From: Mobula birostris
Taxonomy: Eukaryota
DNA: 64,000 nucleotides
Reading direction: 5' to 3'
NCBI RefSeq assembly: GCF_030028105.1
Contig: NC_092376.1
Span: 109,986,230-110,050,229 of the forward strand
Below the pieces are notes generated by a model. The model was not told where the DNA came from and ran no database searches. It saw nothing but the letters and a program-made list of their open reading frames with translations. Positions within the stretch are counted from its first letter, which is position 1, and each line of letters opens with the position of its first letter. Below, in pieces: positions 1 through 13,266 of this stretch. A program made the translations under genes and the position numbers.

Positions 1-465
1 ACTAACTAATTTATTATTCCCCATCAGTCACCTTAAATACTGTACTGCCTTATGAACATGCGATCTACTTACAAACAAGAGAAAATCTGCTGATGTTGGA
101 AATCAGAAGCAACACACACAAAACGCAGGAGGAACTCAGCAGGCCAGGCAGCATCTATGGAAAAGAGTAAATAATCGATGTTTTGGACTGAGATAGTCCT
201 GATGAAGGATCTCGGCCCGAAACGTCAACTGCTTACTCTTTTTCGCTGATGCCACCTGGCCTGCTGAGTTCCTCCAGCATTCCGTGTGTATCGCAATCTA
301 CCTCTCTATATATAAAATATCTTATGTATTTATATTTATTGTTTTTTTATTATTATTGTGTTCTTTATCGTTTGTGAGGGTTTTTTGTGCTGCATCGGAT
401 CTGGAATAACAATTATATTATTCTTTATGTACAGGAAATGATATTTAACAATCTTGAATCTTGAA
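1..465 (+). mobile_element. Rex1/Babar-like LINE 3' UTR remnant, interrupted by a palindromic element
   Basis: T-rich 3' UTR ending in an (aatcttg)n tail at about 450-465, like the other Rex1-like 3' ends in the window; split by the 71-290 insertion. Confidence 0.5.
71..290. mobile_element. Penelope-derived palindromic non-autonomous element with hammerhead motif
   Basis: Arms ggaggaactcagcaggccaggcagcatc / ctggcctgctgagttcctccagca; centre agtc-CTGATGA-aggatctcggccc-GAAA-c-GTC-aact (195-230). Confidence 0.8.
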
Positions 466-2265
466 TTGTACATATCCCATGGACTGTACATGCTATTCAT
501 CAGTTATACAGTAAATGTGCTGCCTGTATGGTTTTTCTGGTCATTCAACCCCTGTACACCTGAGTCCGTCATCAAAGTCTGGACGAAACTCTACTGAGAG
601 CAGACACCACCACAATCTGATGAAGTGCCCTCAATATAGTTGTGTGAGTTCCCTCACAATGGCTTCAGATATTTTGTCTACCTCCTTGTCCCAAACCACA
701 GCTGACAGTGAGAGGACATTCACAGTCACATAGGGTTAAAAGTCACTATTTGTAAAACTATGACTGATGGTGTATATCAGTGCCGTGCGGTGAGTTCCTG
801 TCAGGCGAGAAGGTTTGATAAATGCATTTCCACATCCGACAAGCTACAGTATTTCTGCAGGAAACAAGAGCCTGGAAAACAGAATGCTTCGGGTGCCATG
901 GTTAATAAGGTGATATTAGTGCAGGAGAAGCAATCATAATGAATGTGGAGTGTTTAAGTTTGACATTATACTGTGCATGAAGCTAATAGCATAATCAATG
1001 AGTCACCTGCAGAGGCAGCTTGGCGATTGCTCCAGGATGATTTATTTGCTTGCTGGTTTGGGTGCTGGGCTGGCACTTTCTGCTTCTATATTAATGCTAA
1101 TGGAATGTGATTGTAGAAGGACTGGTTCATAAATAAATAACTAAAACTAAACACAGGCCTTCTAAAAAAGATACAGCAGGCTTTACATCTTGTCAAGAAA
1201 CTGTTCTCTTCACATTTTTTACTTAAGGATTTTGATAAGTTCATGGTGCTTCTATTTTCTAACATGTATTTTGGTTTCAAAGGACCAATGGAATTTAAAC
1301 CATGGAGCAAATAGAATAGTGGGAAAAACCTTAAGATCTTTCTCAGAAGAAGATATAGAAGGCCACTCAGCCCATCACTACACCACCTGCTCAATCCTAT
1401 CCCTCTCAGGTCAACTTTCTTGGTACCAGCTGAAGTTCAGAGGTAACACTTTCTGTAGGCAACCAAGCAGCTACGCCCTCAATTACACAGACAAAGATAT
1501 TTAATGTTGTGATATTATTCTAATGCTCCCTTGCGCTTATTTAATCTCAACCTTTCCTTTGTTCTCTCGATCCCACCCCCATCTTCTCTGTTTCTCAATA
1601 CTAGCTCGTATTTCTCTCTCCCAGTTCTGACAACAATTCCTGCACCTGAAACTTTCATTTTTCTTCTTTCACAGATGCTGCCTAACCTGCAGATGTTTCC
1701 AGAATTTTCTATTTTGTCCTCACATTTCATCATCTTGGTGTGTAACATAGGTGGCTACTCCAAACCAGTTCTCAGGAGAAACTGAATTATTGAAGATCTC
1801 ACTTTTCACTAAACTGTGGCCTGTCAACTGACATTAACACATTATACTGTATTTCAACAAATAACAAAAGAGATTTTCCATAGTCCTAGTGAATATTCAT
1901 TCTTCAGCATCCACTGCTGAAACAAAGGCATGCAATCAGAGATGATTGCAATTGCTGCTATTTACAACTTGACTGCTGTGAGTGACTTCACTACAACATC
2001 ACGACAACAGGATCAGCCTTAAGAACTACTTCAAATGGAGATCAAAAAAGGGCTTTTTGTAAATAAGCCTCTTTTACAAGATCCTGCTTGTAACACAATC
2101 AGTGAGTAGTTCTGGTAAACATCAAATTAAGTTGAGTTTATTGTCATTTGAAGAAGTAGACAGATGTTCAGGTGCAATGTAAACCTTAATTGCAGCTACT
2201 TCACTGACACATAGAGGCACAGTCACAAGAAGTACACAAAATATACAAACTTCAAAACCTGGAAT

Positions 2266-3243
2266 CTGTAACTGGATAGAAGACTTCCTTACTGAGAGAC
2301 CACAGTCAGTACGTATCAGTAATAATATCTCCTCGCTGATGATCACCACAGGCGCACCTCAAGGGTGTGTGCTTAGCCTACTGCTCTACTCTTTCTACGC
2401 TCAAAGCTGTGGCTAAGCACCATTCAAAACCCATCTACAAATTTGCCAGTAATACCACTGTTATTGGCAGAATCTCAGATCGCAATGAGGAGGCATACAG
2501 GAGTGGGATAAATCGGCTGATTGAATCTCAGATTGCAAGACCAAGGGATTGATTGTGGACTTCGTGAAGAGGAAGTCAGGAGAGAACACACCATTCGACA
2601 TTGAGAGGTCAGCTTGAGACAGGGTGAACAGCTTCAGTCTCCTGGGTGTCAACATCTCAAAGAGTTTACCCTGGGCCCAACACATTGATATAATCTTGAA
2701 AAGGGAACGCCAGCACTGTACTTCAACGGGGGCTTTTGAGAAGATTTGCATGTCAAAATCTAGGAAATTTCTGCAGGTGCATGGTGGAAAGCATTCTGAT
2801 GGATTGCATCACTGCCTGCTATGCACACGATAGAAGGAAGCTGCAGAGGGCTGTCGACTCAGCCACTTGCATCACAGGTACAACCCTCCTCACCATCGAC
2901 GACACCTTCAAATGTCAGCACCTCAAGAAGGCAGCGTCCATCATTAATGACCCTCACCACCCAGGACATTACCATTGGGGAGGAGGTACAGGAGCTTGAA
3001 GACACACTCCCATTGTTTTGTGAACAACTTCTTCCCCTCAGCATTCAGATTGATGAATGAGCACAGAAACACAACTTTGCTGTTTCTCTTTCACACTATT
3101 AATCTATTCATTCATGTTTATTTGCCTGTTCATTGTTTGTTTGTTGCAACTCAGAGTAGATTTTTTTTATGTCTTGCATTTTTTGCTGCTGCAAAAGAAG
3201 AAATTTCATGACATATGACAGTGATTAAAAAATCTGATTCTGA
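2266..3243 (+). mobile_element. Rex1/Babar-clade LINE, decayed 3' part of RT ORF
   Basis: Fragments across frames: [36 protein letters not shown] (degenerate FADDT), SFSLLGVNISKSLPWAQHID, LKKAASIINDPHHPGH; (attctg)n-type tail about 3235-3243. Confidence 0.85.
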
Positions 3244-3789
3244 CAAGAAAAACACAATTTCAACAAAACAAATTGCATCCATTATGGTATGAAGTGGCAT
3301 ATCATAGGGCACCTGAGGATCATTATCCTCAGGAGAAAAACATATACAAAGCAGAGTCTGGAGGTGGAATTACCAGTTGCATCAGCATTTGGAGTCAGTT
3401 CTGTTCCTCAAATGCAGCCTCTCCTCCAACCCATGTTTCCATCCAGTCCTCTGGTGTCTAAAGCCTTGCTCATCTCATCATTATACTGACTCAGCAACAG
3501 GACATCTGCAGCTCTCACAGCTTCACAGATTTACAGCCTTCTGAATAAAGGAATTTCATCTGCTCTCAGTCTGAAATGATTTATGGCCTGCTTCTGCTTC
3601 TGTGATTATGTTCTTGAGAGCATCAAAAAGGACAATGCAGAAAACTTTTCAGACAGAGACAAAGAAAGAAATGGAAAAAGAGAGACAGGGAAAAGATGGT
3701 ATGGTGAAGGAGCCATAGTTGACAAGAGTGGTGGAACTTTTAGTCAAGAGGAAGAAGGAAGCTTTCTTAAGGTTTAGGAAGCAAAGATC

Positions 3790-4300
3790 AGTCAGAGCTA
3801 CAGGGGGACGTGAGAAGGCCTTGGAGAATAGGATTAAGGAAAACCCCAGCAGCTAAGCACATGAGGAGAGATTGAGTCTCCTGGGATTATACTCCCTGGA
3901 ATTCTTAAGTGTGAGAGGGCATCTTATAAAAACATATAAAATCATGAAAGAGATAGGTAAAACAGAGTTAAGAAAGTTGCTTCTACCGGTCAGCGAGACT
4001 CGAACTAGGCCTCAAGATTCAGGAGAGTAGAGTTAGGAAGTGGATGAAGTGGAACTGTTGTTCCCAGAGAGTAGTGAATCTGTGGAACTCTTTGCCCAGG
4101 GAAGCAGTAGAGGCTTCCTCATTAAAATTACTTAGACACAGTCAGATGGATGTTTGCAGAGTAGAGGAATTAAATGCTGTGGAGAAAAGGAAGATAGCTG
4201 GAGTTGAGGCCATGGCCAGGTCAGTCATAATCTTAATAAATGGTCCTGCAAGCTTGAGGGGCCAGATGCCCTGCTCCTGCTCCTATTTCCCATCTTCTTA
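3790..4300 (+). mobile_element. CR1 LINE fragments (3' end)
   Basis: EKALENRIKENP then SQRVVNLWNSLPREAVEA and a CR1-type 3' UTR. Confidence 0.75.
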
Positions 4301-4509
4301 GACCAAGTACAGGCAGATCACTCAAGTGCACCTGCAACAGAGATCAGTACACTCTCCTCTGTCTTGCAGAAGGGGGAAGTACATAATGCTGGCCATAGTG
4401 GGGTGATAGGTATCACTGTATCACTCTGACCACTTGTAAGTGACATTGCGCACCATTAATGGAGATGCCAGTACAGAAACTGCTGCCAGCCATGCGGGGA
4501 TGCATGGAA

Positions 4510-4695
4510 ATCAATGGATTTTACTTATATGCCTTTGGGATGTGAGAGGAAACGGGATCACCCAAGGGAAACACATGTCATTGTATGGAGAACACACAAA
4601 CTCCACGAGGACAGCATGCAAGGCCAGGATCAAACACCGGTCGCTGGAGCTGTGAGCCAGTGGCACTAATTGCTGAATGACTGTCGCACCCACCT
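4510..4695 (-). mobile_element. tRNA-derived V-SINE (HE1-like), decayed
   Basis: Reverse complement shows a tRNA-like head followed by gtggagtttgtgtgttctcc, as in the better-preserved copies. Confidence 0.6.
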
Positions 4696-5354
4696 AGCCG
4701 GTGTCAATATTTAATCAGGGTAAGGGTGACTTGCTTCCAATTTCTGCACGTCGATGACATGTTTGAGCTTGTTATACACAGTTTGATGATCCGATTAGCT
4801 CCAGGGCAGGTTTCTATTGGTAGAGGCCAGGCTTTGGGTCAGCTTTTAATTTTATGACAAAGCAGACCACCAGTAGAAAACGCCATGACTTTTTTTTTAA
4901 TTTAGGTACAGTGGCAAGAAAACTAAATCCTAGTTGGTAGCATGAACCAGCGGTACCTGAGATTCAGTTCCATTGAATCCAGTCAACAGGCTGTGATATT
5001 TTAAGCAAATTTGTGGCTCCAACAACATACTAAACCTAAGTTACAGCTAGAACTGTGGAGCCCCGGTAAAGGGGCTTAACCCAAAATATCAACCATCCCT
5101 ATGTGTCCACAGGTGCTGGCTGACCCTCTGAGTCTCTCCACCACTTGTTTTCTTCTGATTTAGATAATATTTCTGTTGAACTGTTACCAAATATTTCCAA
5201 AAAACTTACCTAGTTACTACTGTAACTTGTACTGTGAAAGGCAATGAAACAGAATGCAAGACTAGAGGCTTCTCTCACAAAACAGCTTATCCTCTACTGT
5301 CCATTAGTCCATTAATGGGACAAAGTCAAGGTGATGTGCTAGTCCTCTATCAGT

Positions 5355-5790
5355 ATCAGAATCAGGCTTAATATCACCAGCGTATGTTGTGAAATTCATT
5401 GTTTTTGTAGCAGCAGTGCATTGCAATACAGAATAATAAAAAACTGTGAATTACAGTAAGTATATAAGTTAAATTAAATAGGTAGTGCAAAAAAAAAGTA
5501 GTGAGGTAGTGTTCATGTGTTCAATGTCCATTCAGAAATCTGACAACAGAGAGGAAGAATCTGTTCCTGAATCATTGAGTGCATGTCTTCAGGCTCCTGT
5601 ACTTCCTTCCTGATGGTAGCATTGTAAAGAGGGCATGTCCTGGGTAATGGGGGTCCATAATGATGGATGCTGCCTTTTTGAGGCATCACTCTTTGAGTGA
5701 TGTCCTGGATGCTGGGGAGGTTAGTGCCCATGATGGAGCTGACTGAACTAACAACTTTCAGCAGCTTCTTTCGATCCTGTGCCGTAGGAC
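5355..5790 (-). mobile_element. Rex1/Babar-like LINE 3' end
   Basis: Minus ORF 5513-5887 contains AQDRKKLLKVVSSVSSIMGTNLPSIQDI; tail seen on + as cagtatcagaatcagg. Confidence 0.8.
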
Positions 5791-6348
5791 CAGTGCGCAA
5801 GGATCTATACCTGCATATTACCCAATCATAAGTTATAGAAGAAAGACACAAACTGCATTTATGCAGCTCTTTTGAAATCTTCTGCAAACTCTAAATTGTT
5901 TGACAGCCAGCAATATAGTTTTGTATACAGTCAATGTTGCAAAGTTGGAGATGCATCAATCTAACCATCAGCTGTGAGAGAGAAAAAGTTTATCTCAGTG
6001 GTGTTGGGCAAAATACTAACAGTTTACTGCAGTAGTTAAGGAAGATTTGCATTTATACAGCCTGTCTCACTGACAATAAATATTTCAAAATGTCACAGTT
6101 ATTGTTTCAGGGATATGACAGTTAAGTTCCGACAAAAATAAATGTGATAATGAAAAGATCATCTATTTTACAGATGCTGACTGAAGGCTAAATATATACC
6201 TTTGAAAGTTCCTATCACCTTCTTCAATACAGTCCCATAAGATTTTTTAGATCCTCCTGAACCTCAGTTTATTGTCTTATCCGAAAGAGGGGACGTACAA
6301 CAGAGTAGCATATCCTCAGAAATGCCAGGGAATGCCAGCCTAGATTTT

Positions 6349-6680
6349 AGAATCAGAATCAGGTTTATTATCGCCGACATGTGACGTGAAATTTGTTAAA
6401 TTCGCAGCAGCAGAACAATGTAATACATAATCTAGCAGAGAGAAAATAAATAAATGAATAAATAAACAGGTAAATCATTTATGTATATTGAATAGATTTT
6501 TTAAAACGTGCAAAAACAGAAATACTGTATATTAAAAAAAGTGAGGCTGTGTCCAAAGCTTCAATGTCCATTTAGGAATCGGATGGCAGAGGGGAAGAAG
6601 TTGTTCCTGAATCACTGAGCTTGTACCTTCAGGCTTCTTTATCTCCTACCTGATGAGAAAAGGGCATGCCCTGGGTGCTG
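6349..6680 (-). mobile_element. Rex1/Babar-like LINE 3' UTR
   Basis: agaatcagaatcaggtttattatc tail; body matches copies at 5355 and 60510. Confidence 0.75.
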
Positions 6681-6857
6681 AATTTCATGCTGAAATCTGT
6701 GGGCAGGGACTTGAACCCACAATCTTCTGATTCACATAATCTATAAAATAAATCTTTACATTCATCTGGAAGGGGAGAAGATGTTGTGGAAAGAAATACT
6801 CTTTGTTCCAATGTTTTCTTGATTAGTCAATGGAAGAAATCAGATTGCTTCAAAGTT

Positions 6858-7047
6858 GCATACACAAAATGCTGGAGGAAATCAGCAGGTCAGGCAGCAT
6901 CTATGGAAATGAGTAAACAGTCGACTTTTCAGGCCAAAATGTCGATTGTTCATTAATTTCCATGGTACTGCATGACCTGCTGAATTCCTCCAGCATTTTG
7001 TGTGTGTTGCTCTGGATTTCCAGCATTTGCAGACTTTTTCATGTTTA
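6858..7047. mobile_element. Penelope-derived palindromic element, centre deleted
   Basis: Arms acacaaaatgctggagga / tcctccagcattttgtgt, tail atttccagcatttgcag; ttgcttcaa on both flanks (probable TSD). Confidence 0.8.
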
Positions 7048-9120
7048 TGATTTGCTTCAAGGTGGAGTTTACTGTAAAATAAAAAAATGCACAAGTACAT
7101 TAATGCACGTGTGGAATGAAAAATACTTAGAGCAGCATCACTGCCACATAGCATTATCATATCAGCTGCATTTATCAGAAAAGCAAAAAAAAATACATAA
7201 AAAAACACAATTTTTACAAGAGAGAGAAAAAAAACACATTTAGAACTGGGTCTGGCTGTAGGAGATCTTATCATCAACTCTCCCAGAATACATCTAACCA
7301 GAATTGGTATCACCAATACTCATCAATAAGTGACAATGCTTCCCAATAGACTGAGACACATAAAGGTTAACTGAGTGGATATTTATGCATCATTTGCTTT
7401 TGGGGAAATTCATGCAGTGTTCGAAAAATGCAAAAAGAAACTTCATCTCCTTTACCTCATCATTACAAATTAGCCTTTACTACACATTGAATATCTGTTT
7501 CCCACTGCAACCTCTGTGTTAGGCGGTCAACTTGGTGTCATATGGGTGGTTGTTATGGCATTGACACTCAGTCATTAGAAATGAGCCCGAGGCTGTTGCA
7601 AACTCTGAACTTTAACTACTATCAATGGGAGAAATCTTTATTCCATCTAGATTGTAACTTGGGTCACTGAAGTGGAAGCTAAGAGGTTGATTTTCAATTT
7701 GTTTACACGTATCTTTAGACAACAGCCGCAAAGATCACCATCAGTGATTCATTCCAATCCACCATCAAGGGTTAGTGATTGGTGTTTATTGCTGACAAGC
7801 TTACCTTTGGCCATCACATTGTTGCAGCCACACAAAGCATTGCTCTAATGCTCAGTATGCCAGTCTGAAAATATTTTAAGAGGAAGACAAACCATTCCTA
7901 TTGCACTTCAGACTATCAAGTTGTCATTCTAATCAAGGTCATCACTGGAACAGTTATAAGATTAAAAGTCATACCAGTGGGATTATCTTTTGACATAAAG
8001 GATCTGAGAGGAGAAGGGAGGAAAGGAGGTGAGTGGGGGGTAGGGTAAGCAAAGGAAGTCCAATTTAGTGCAAACATTAAAACAGATTATTGTATTTTTT
8101 ACAAGGACTCCTGGGAGATTTTAAACTGCATATCACTGCAATAAAAAAAGTCATGGTTTGATTTAATTAAAGGAGACCACATACTAAGCAATACAAATAT
8201 AATGAGATACAGGCAGTGAATGAAAATGCAGATTAAAGTTGTAATATATCAGATTAAAATATCAATGCTTGCCTTTCCCTTCTGGCCCAGCTTTATAGCA
8301 TCCCTTAAACCTTTCAAGAACTGAAAGGAGTGGGGCAGTGGATTCCCAAATACTGCAGACCTGACAAATTGCTTTTTTAAACATACAAATTAGCATTTTT
8401 TTCTTTGTATTCCCTGCCTGGTGTGTTTCCTGGTCACCTTGCAATTCTTTGATTATTTGATGATGTTTTCAATAGACTCGGATCCAGTGAAAAGTGGTTG
8501 CACAATCCATTGACACTGCAGTATTTTATAAAGTGTAAAATCATCTTCCAACCGTCTCTACTCTGACCTTATTCTGTCTGTGCTTCCTCTCTCTCAATCC
8601 ATTTTCCCACTGGTACTCATTACCTTATCCCATCCCTTTCTTCTTGCTGACTTTCTCCCGCTACCTGCCACACCCAAACTCCCTCTCAATCTCACCTCCT
8701 CCTATCGTCTACTGTAGATCTACAAACGAAACCATAGAAAACACTTCATTATTTTTCTGAGGCAAAAGAAGCAATAAATGTGATTCAGGAATTTAAATTG
8801 TGACAAAACTTATAAACTTTAGTTCAGCTTCTTTGGAGCAATTAAATAACTTTCAAACTTAACTAATAAAAGTTTTGTGGTGTCAAGTTCGAGACTGAGA
8901 GACCACGGAATAGTTTCTTTTCTTTCTTTTACAACTACTGCATCTCATGGAACAAATTACTTCATAATATCATTAAAACAAAGCATTAATAGTTCCAATG
9001 AGCAAATATGAGCTTTGGAAAAGAGCTCATCACATTTCAGGAGTTAATACCAACCGAGACTGAAATTTACCAGCTCAAGAAATAGGCTTGAATGTGATGC
9101 TCTTACTAGTTGTCCTAAAA

Positions 9121-9200
9121 CAGGGGTTCCGTACCTTTTTTATGCCATCGACCCCTACCATTAACAGAGGGGTTTGTGGACTCCAGACTGTGAACCTCTG
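9121..9200. mobile_element. hAT (Charlie-like) MITE
   Basis: Termini caggggttc / gaacctctg; flanks tcctaaaa / ccctagaa resemble a decayed 8-bp Charlie-type target duplication. Confidence 0.6.
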
Positions 9201-10586
9201 CCCTAGAAGCTAAGAGGTGGAAAGGCAGAAAATAGACAAAATGTTGAAGATTTCTGATTACTATGGACTGATGAAAAATCAGTTTGAGAAGGAAACTGGA
9301 AAAAATACCTCAATTTCAACACCAAGAACTGAGAAAGGAGTCTCTATGGCGGCACCCTTTGAACACTGGGCGAAGCAGTGGCCACTAACATAACAATGCT
9401 GAAGAACGGAGTCTGAATCCAGAGAAGACTGGGAAAGGAATTTGTGGAGTCGCACAATTTGCAAATGGAAGGGAGATCAGAGAATCTGAGAATCGTGTAA
9501 CAATTACATGAGACGGCTGAGTTAGAGACCAGAGATGATACAATGAGCTTTGTTTCGGATCACAGCCAGAAGTTAGAGATTGTGGTTTGGAGCATTGCAG
9601 AAAGAGGAGCATTATTTAAATCTTGGAAGAATTTCAGTTCTAAAGACAGACCTGTCAAGTGTCACTTATTTTGGCTTGCAACCATCTTACTTTGATAAAG
9701 TTTGTTTGAAAAACATAAATAGATCCAGATGGCAGAGTCATATGTTTAAACATGTTTTTATTCTATCCTTCCTTAATAACAACACTTGGTTTCCAATCAG
9801 TTCCATGATGGTGATATTCAAAGACAGTTAAGAACTGCTGACAGAGATCCAGGAGTATTTAGAGATGGTTTTAACATTCCATTTGTCATTTTGTGTCAGT
9901 GCTCCTTGCCAAATAAATGGGTTGTTGTCTCTCCTTGCCTCCTTAAAAACCAAGACCCGAAATGACATACTGTGGCCAACAATATTCAAGCACTTGTGTA
10001 CAACCACCAAATCTAGCTGAGTAACTTCATGTGGAGTCAACACAAGAAGCAGAGAACTCGGCTTCAGATATAGGAAAGTTGTGACCTCATCTGCAACTCC
10101 AAATCACGATGACTCTCTAAAAGATCAAATGGAAAGGGATCCTGTAAGAGTGTCATGGGTTTAGTGTTCTGAATCAAATTGGAAGGGTCAGCAATCAGAC
10201 ACTCGCAGCATGGTATGTTCCTGGACTGAGTTGGGAGCCAGAAAGAATCTGGAGGAGAGGTAAAAATGCATTCAGCTTCCCTCTCTACCCAAGGACTCAA
10301 TGAGCCCAGCAATAGATAATGCCATGCTGCAGAATGGGGCTAGGTATTTTTAGATCCAGGCCTTCGGCTTTTCATGAGAACTGACTGGTGGGCCGTCCAG
10401 TCATTGAATGGGCTGAATGATCGCACAGAAGAATAAAGGTGTCTGAATGACTGATGGTATTCTTTTAATGTTTCTAGTTATGTTTCAGCACTTTGTGGTG
10501 CTTTTTAGCTAAGCTATTATATAATTGTTTAAATCATATGTATTATTTTTAATGTCTCTGATCCGCAGAAATATTTAAAATTGTTT

Positions 10587-10872
10587 GGGGCAGCACAGTA
10601 GCATAATGGTTAGTACCACGCTTTACAATACCAGCGATTCCGGTTCAATTCCTGCCGCTGCTTATAAGGAGTTTCTACATTTTCCCCGTGGCCGTGTGGA
10701 TTTCCTCTGGGTGCCACAGCCCAAAAAACCGAATGGCTGGTAAGCTACTTGGTCTTTTTGTAAATTGTCCTGTGACTAGGCTCGGGTTAAATCGGGGGAT
10801 TGCTGGGCGGCGCAGCTCAAAGGGTCAGAAGGTTCAATTCTGCACTATATCTCAATAAATAACTAAATAAAA
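10587..10872 (+). mobile_element. tRNA-derived V-SINE (HE1-like)
   Basis: A box tagcataatgg, B box ggttcaattcc, central aaggagttt..tttcctctggg, (aaat)n tail; matches 36335 and 57773. Confidence 0.75.
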
Positions 10873-11184
10873 TTGTTTGGCAGACATTGCAGGGGTGGGG
10901 AGGGGGAGTGTATGAAGTCTCAGGTTCTACCCATTGAGGTCTCGAGACCTCATAGATCCCCAAGGCTTGTAGAGGGCCAGGTGAATGAGTCCTCAGCATC
11001 CAGAAAGGCTAGGTGACAATGAGCAAGAGATCTAACAGGATTTGATAGTAGAAAATATTTTAAAAAACATTCAATATGCTTTATGCTCACTGAAACTTAG
11101 TCCGAGAAATGCATGCAAGCAAGGTGCTACGACACAATTTCTATAAGTGTAACGGGCACCCTCTCTGCTGTGCTCCTCATCATC

Positions 11185-11187
<3 letters not shown>

Positions 11188-11261
<74 letters not shown>

Positions 11262-11264
11262 ACA
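11188..11264. repeat. (CA)n microsatellite
   Basis: CA run with few interruptions; explains the HT/VC-repeat ORFs. Confidence 0.97.
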
Positions 11265-11694
11265 ACACAAACTCACCCATTCATACCAACGCCCACCTCC
11301 CAGTGTGTCCCACGCTCCACACTGGGAAACACCTGGATTTTGCTCATAACATAACTGACTTTGTGCGGTCATAGAATTCAGAGTAATTAAAATCAAATAT
11401 TAGGCGGATTCGCTACATTATATTTTTATGAGCTGCACCAGTTCAAATGGCCCCAGCTGCACAGAAAGCTCAGCAATATCCGAACAATCCTGTAACTGAG
11501 TTGGTGCTACAGATGTACTTAGTCCAGAGTGCCCTGTGTTCGTGCATTGTGCAGATGTTGCAGGAGATTACTGAGCAGCAGCAGCCATGCTGTTTCTCTG
11601 TGGAAATCTTTCTCCAAACTGAACACCTTGACACAAATCCCAAAACTACTGTTGGCCTGAATTCCAAGGCATTGTACCTTTCTTTACACACCAC

Positions 11695-12205
11695 TAATGT
11701 TTCCTCTAATTTGTAATGACCAGTGTGTGCAAAAGTCTTGTGAGGTCAAATTTTTTTTGATGTGCAACAAGTGTGCGCTGAGTTTTCAAGTGGAAGTAAA
11801 CCTAAATCTATTCTAAGGATAATAAACTAGCAAGTCTAGTTTGTTGTTCATTGCTTTCAGTATAGCTGTTTCTATTGTTTCATTAGGCCATTCCACTTTA
11901 AATGAACTAGCAATTTCTTTGCTCCTTTGGAATTCAACACAGTGAATCAATAATGTCTTCAATAATAACAGTATAAATAAGACAGTTCTAAAATCTGCAA
12001 ACAAATCATTGCAAACTCCACGTGGTCAACACCGTCCACATCAAAAACCAGAAAAGGAAATGTGATTGCATACGATTGTGAAATACACTTAACATGCCAG
12101 CAAGGTAGGGGGTGACAATCTTTTGTGCACAGTTTAAATTCCTTTGTGCGCTAGTACCAAGAGTTGTGAGCGCGCACACACGTGCACCCCTTAGAGGGAG
12201 CATTG
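11695..12205. mobile_element. hAT non-autonomous DNA transposon
   Basis: Imperfect 15-bp TIRs taatgtttcctctaa / ttagagggagcattg; exact 8-bp TSD cacaccac at 11687-11694 and 12206-12213. Confidence 0.85.
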
Positions 12206-12839
12206 CACACCACCACTGACCAACACAGTAGTCTGTGATGACACAGTGGTCACTAGTAAGGGAGGAGAGCGTTTTCCAAATCCCCATTGCTTTCTCACCT
12301 TCAGTAATGGAATAAAATCCCCTTCCACCACCAAATTCAGAAAAGGATCTGTTTTTTGTCATTAACTGTGTGAGCTCTGTTGAGATTGTCAGCCAAAATC
12401 TGACATTTATCGTCCCCTTGGGAAATGCGTTTGAGATTGCCAGAGTAATAGTTCAGCTGTTAAAGGCTGTACATACCAATGGTATCTCTTGAACAGACCG
12501 ATAATGTTATTTCCATCCAGCCAAAGGCAAAGGATTGGCTGGAGATAGGAGATGAGCAGTTGGCAGGGAAGTGAGTTTAGAGATGGCCAGCGCTTTGGGA
12601 ATGTTAGTGGATCTGAAACATATGCCAAAAGCCCCAACTCTGCATCTTTGCTTTAGTGTGTGAACTGTCATTTTATTGTTTTTGAACAACTATTTGTCAT
12701 TTCATTAAGGAATAATTATTCTATTTTATTTTCAATTATGGAACAATGGTTTGGATGTTACTTTCAGCCATCCTTTAGTCATCCAATTGCTTTTCTCTCT
12801 TCAGAAGAGTCACAACAATTCCGTAAAAATAGCTCTTTG

Positions 12840-13266
12840 TGTTACCAGGTTCGGACATGGCCCAAGGGTGGAGTGAGAGACACAGAAGCAGGTTGATAGT
12901 TCACAGACTTTAATACGAACCGTGTTAAAGGGAAAATAAAACAATAAACGCTCGGCCAAACAGGGCCGTCAACTAAAACTCTCAAAAGGAAAACGAAGCC
13001 TACACTGCGGCTGAAAAGAACATCTAAACATTAAACGAATCCCGCTAGTCTTCAGAGTCAGTTGTCGCAAAAGCCCAATTTCTCAGGGAAGGCTAAGTGC
13101 AAACAGGCAGCGAAGCGTTGCTAAGCTCTGTCCAAGTCTCGACAAGCACTACGATGACAAGTATGGAGCTAAATACTATCACAATTAAATAATAATTAGC
13201 TGACACTTGCAAATTCACAAGCACAATTGTCGTATCTACTGCACTGCCGATTCCATGGTTGTGACA
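12840..13266 (-). mobile_element. Solo LTR (427 bp)
   Basis: TG...CA termini (tgttac / gtgaca), exact 5-bp TSD ctttg at 12835-12839 and 13267-13271, CpG-rich relative to flanks. Orientation inferred from ATTAAA on the minus strand near 12910. Confidence 0.85.

Noticed and set aside
734-789. LKVTICKTMTDGVYQCRA followed by gtgagt, resembling an Ig-domain exon end
   Set aside because: No polypyrimidine acceptor, stop at 709-711, and no partner exons found.
3312-3333. 9-bp hairpin cctgaggat/atcctcagg (similar one at 15546-15567)
   Set aside because: Isolated 9-bp stems are expected at about this frequency by chance.
11071-11354. ORFs with HTHT/VCVC repeats
   Set aside because: Translation of a (CA)n microsatellite.
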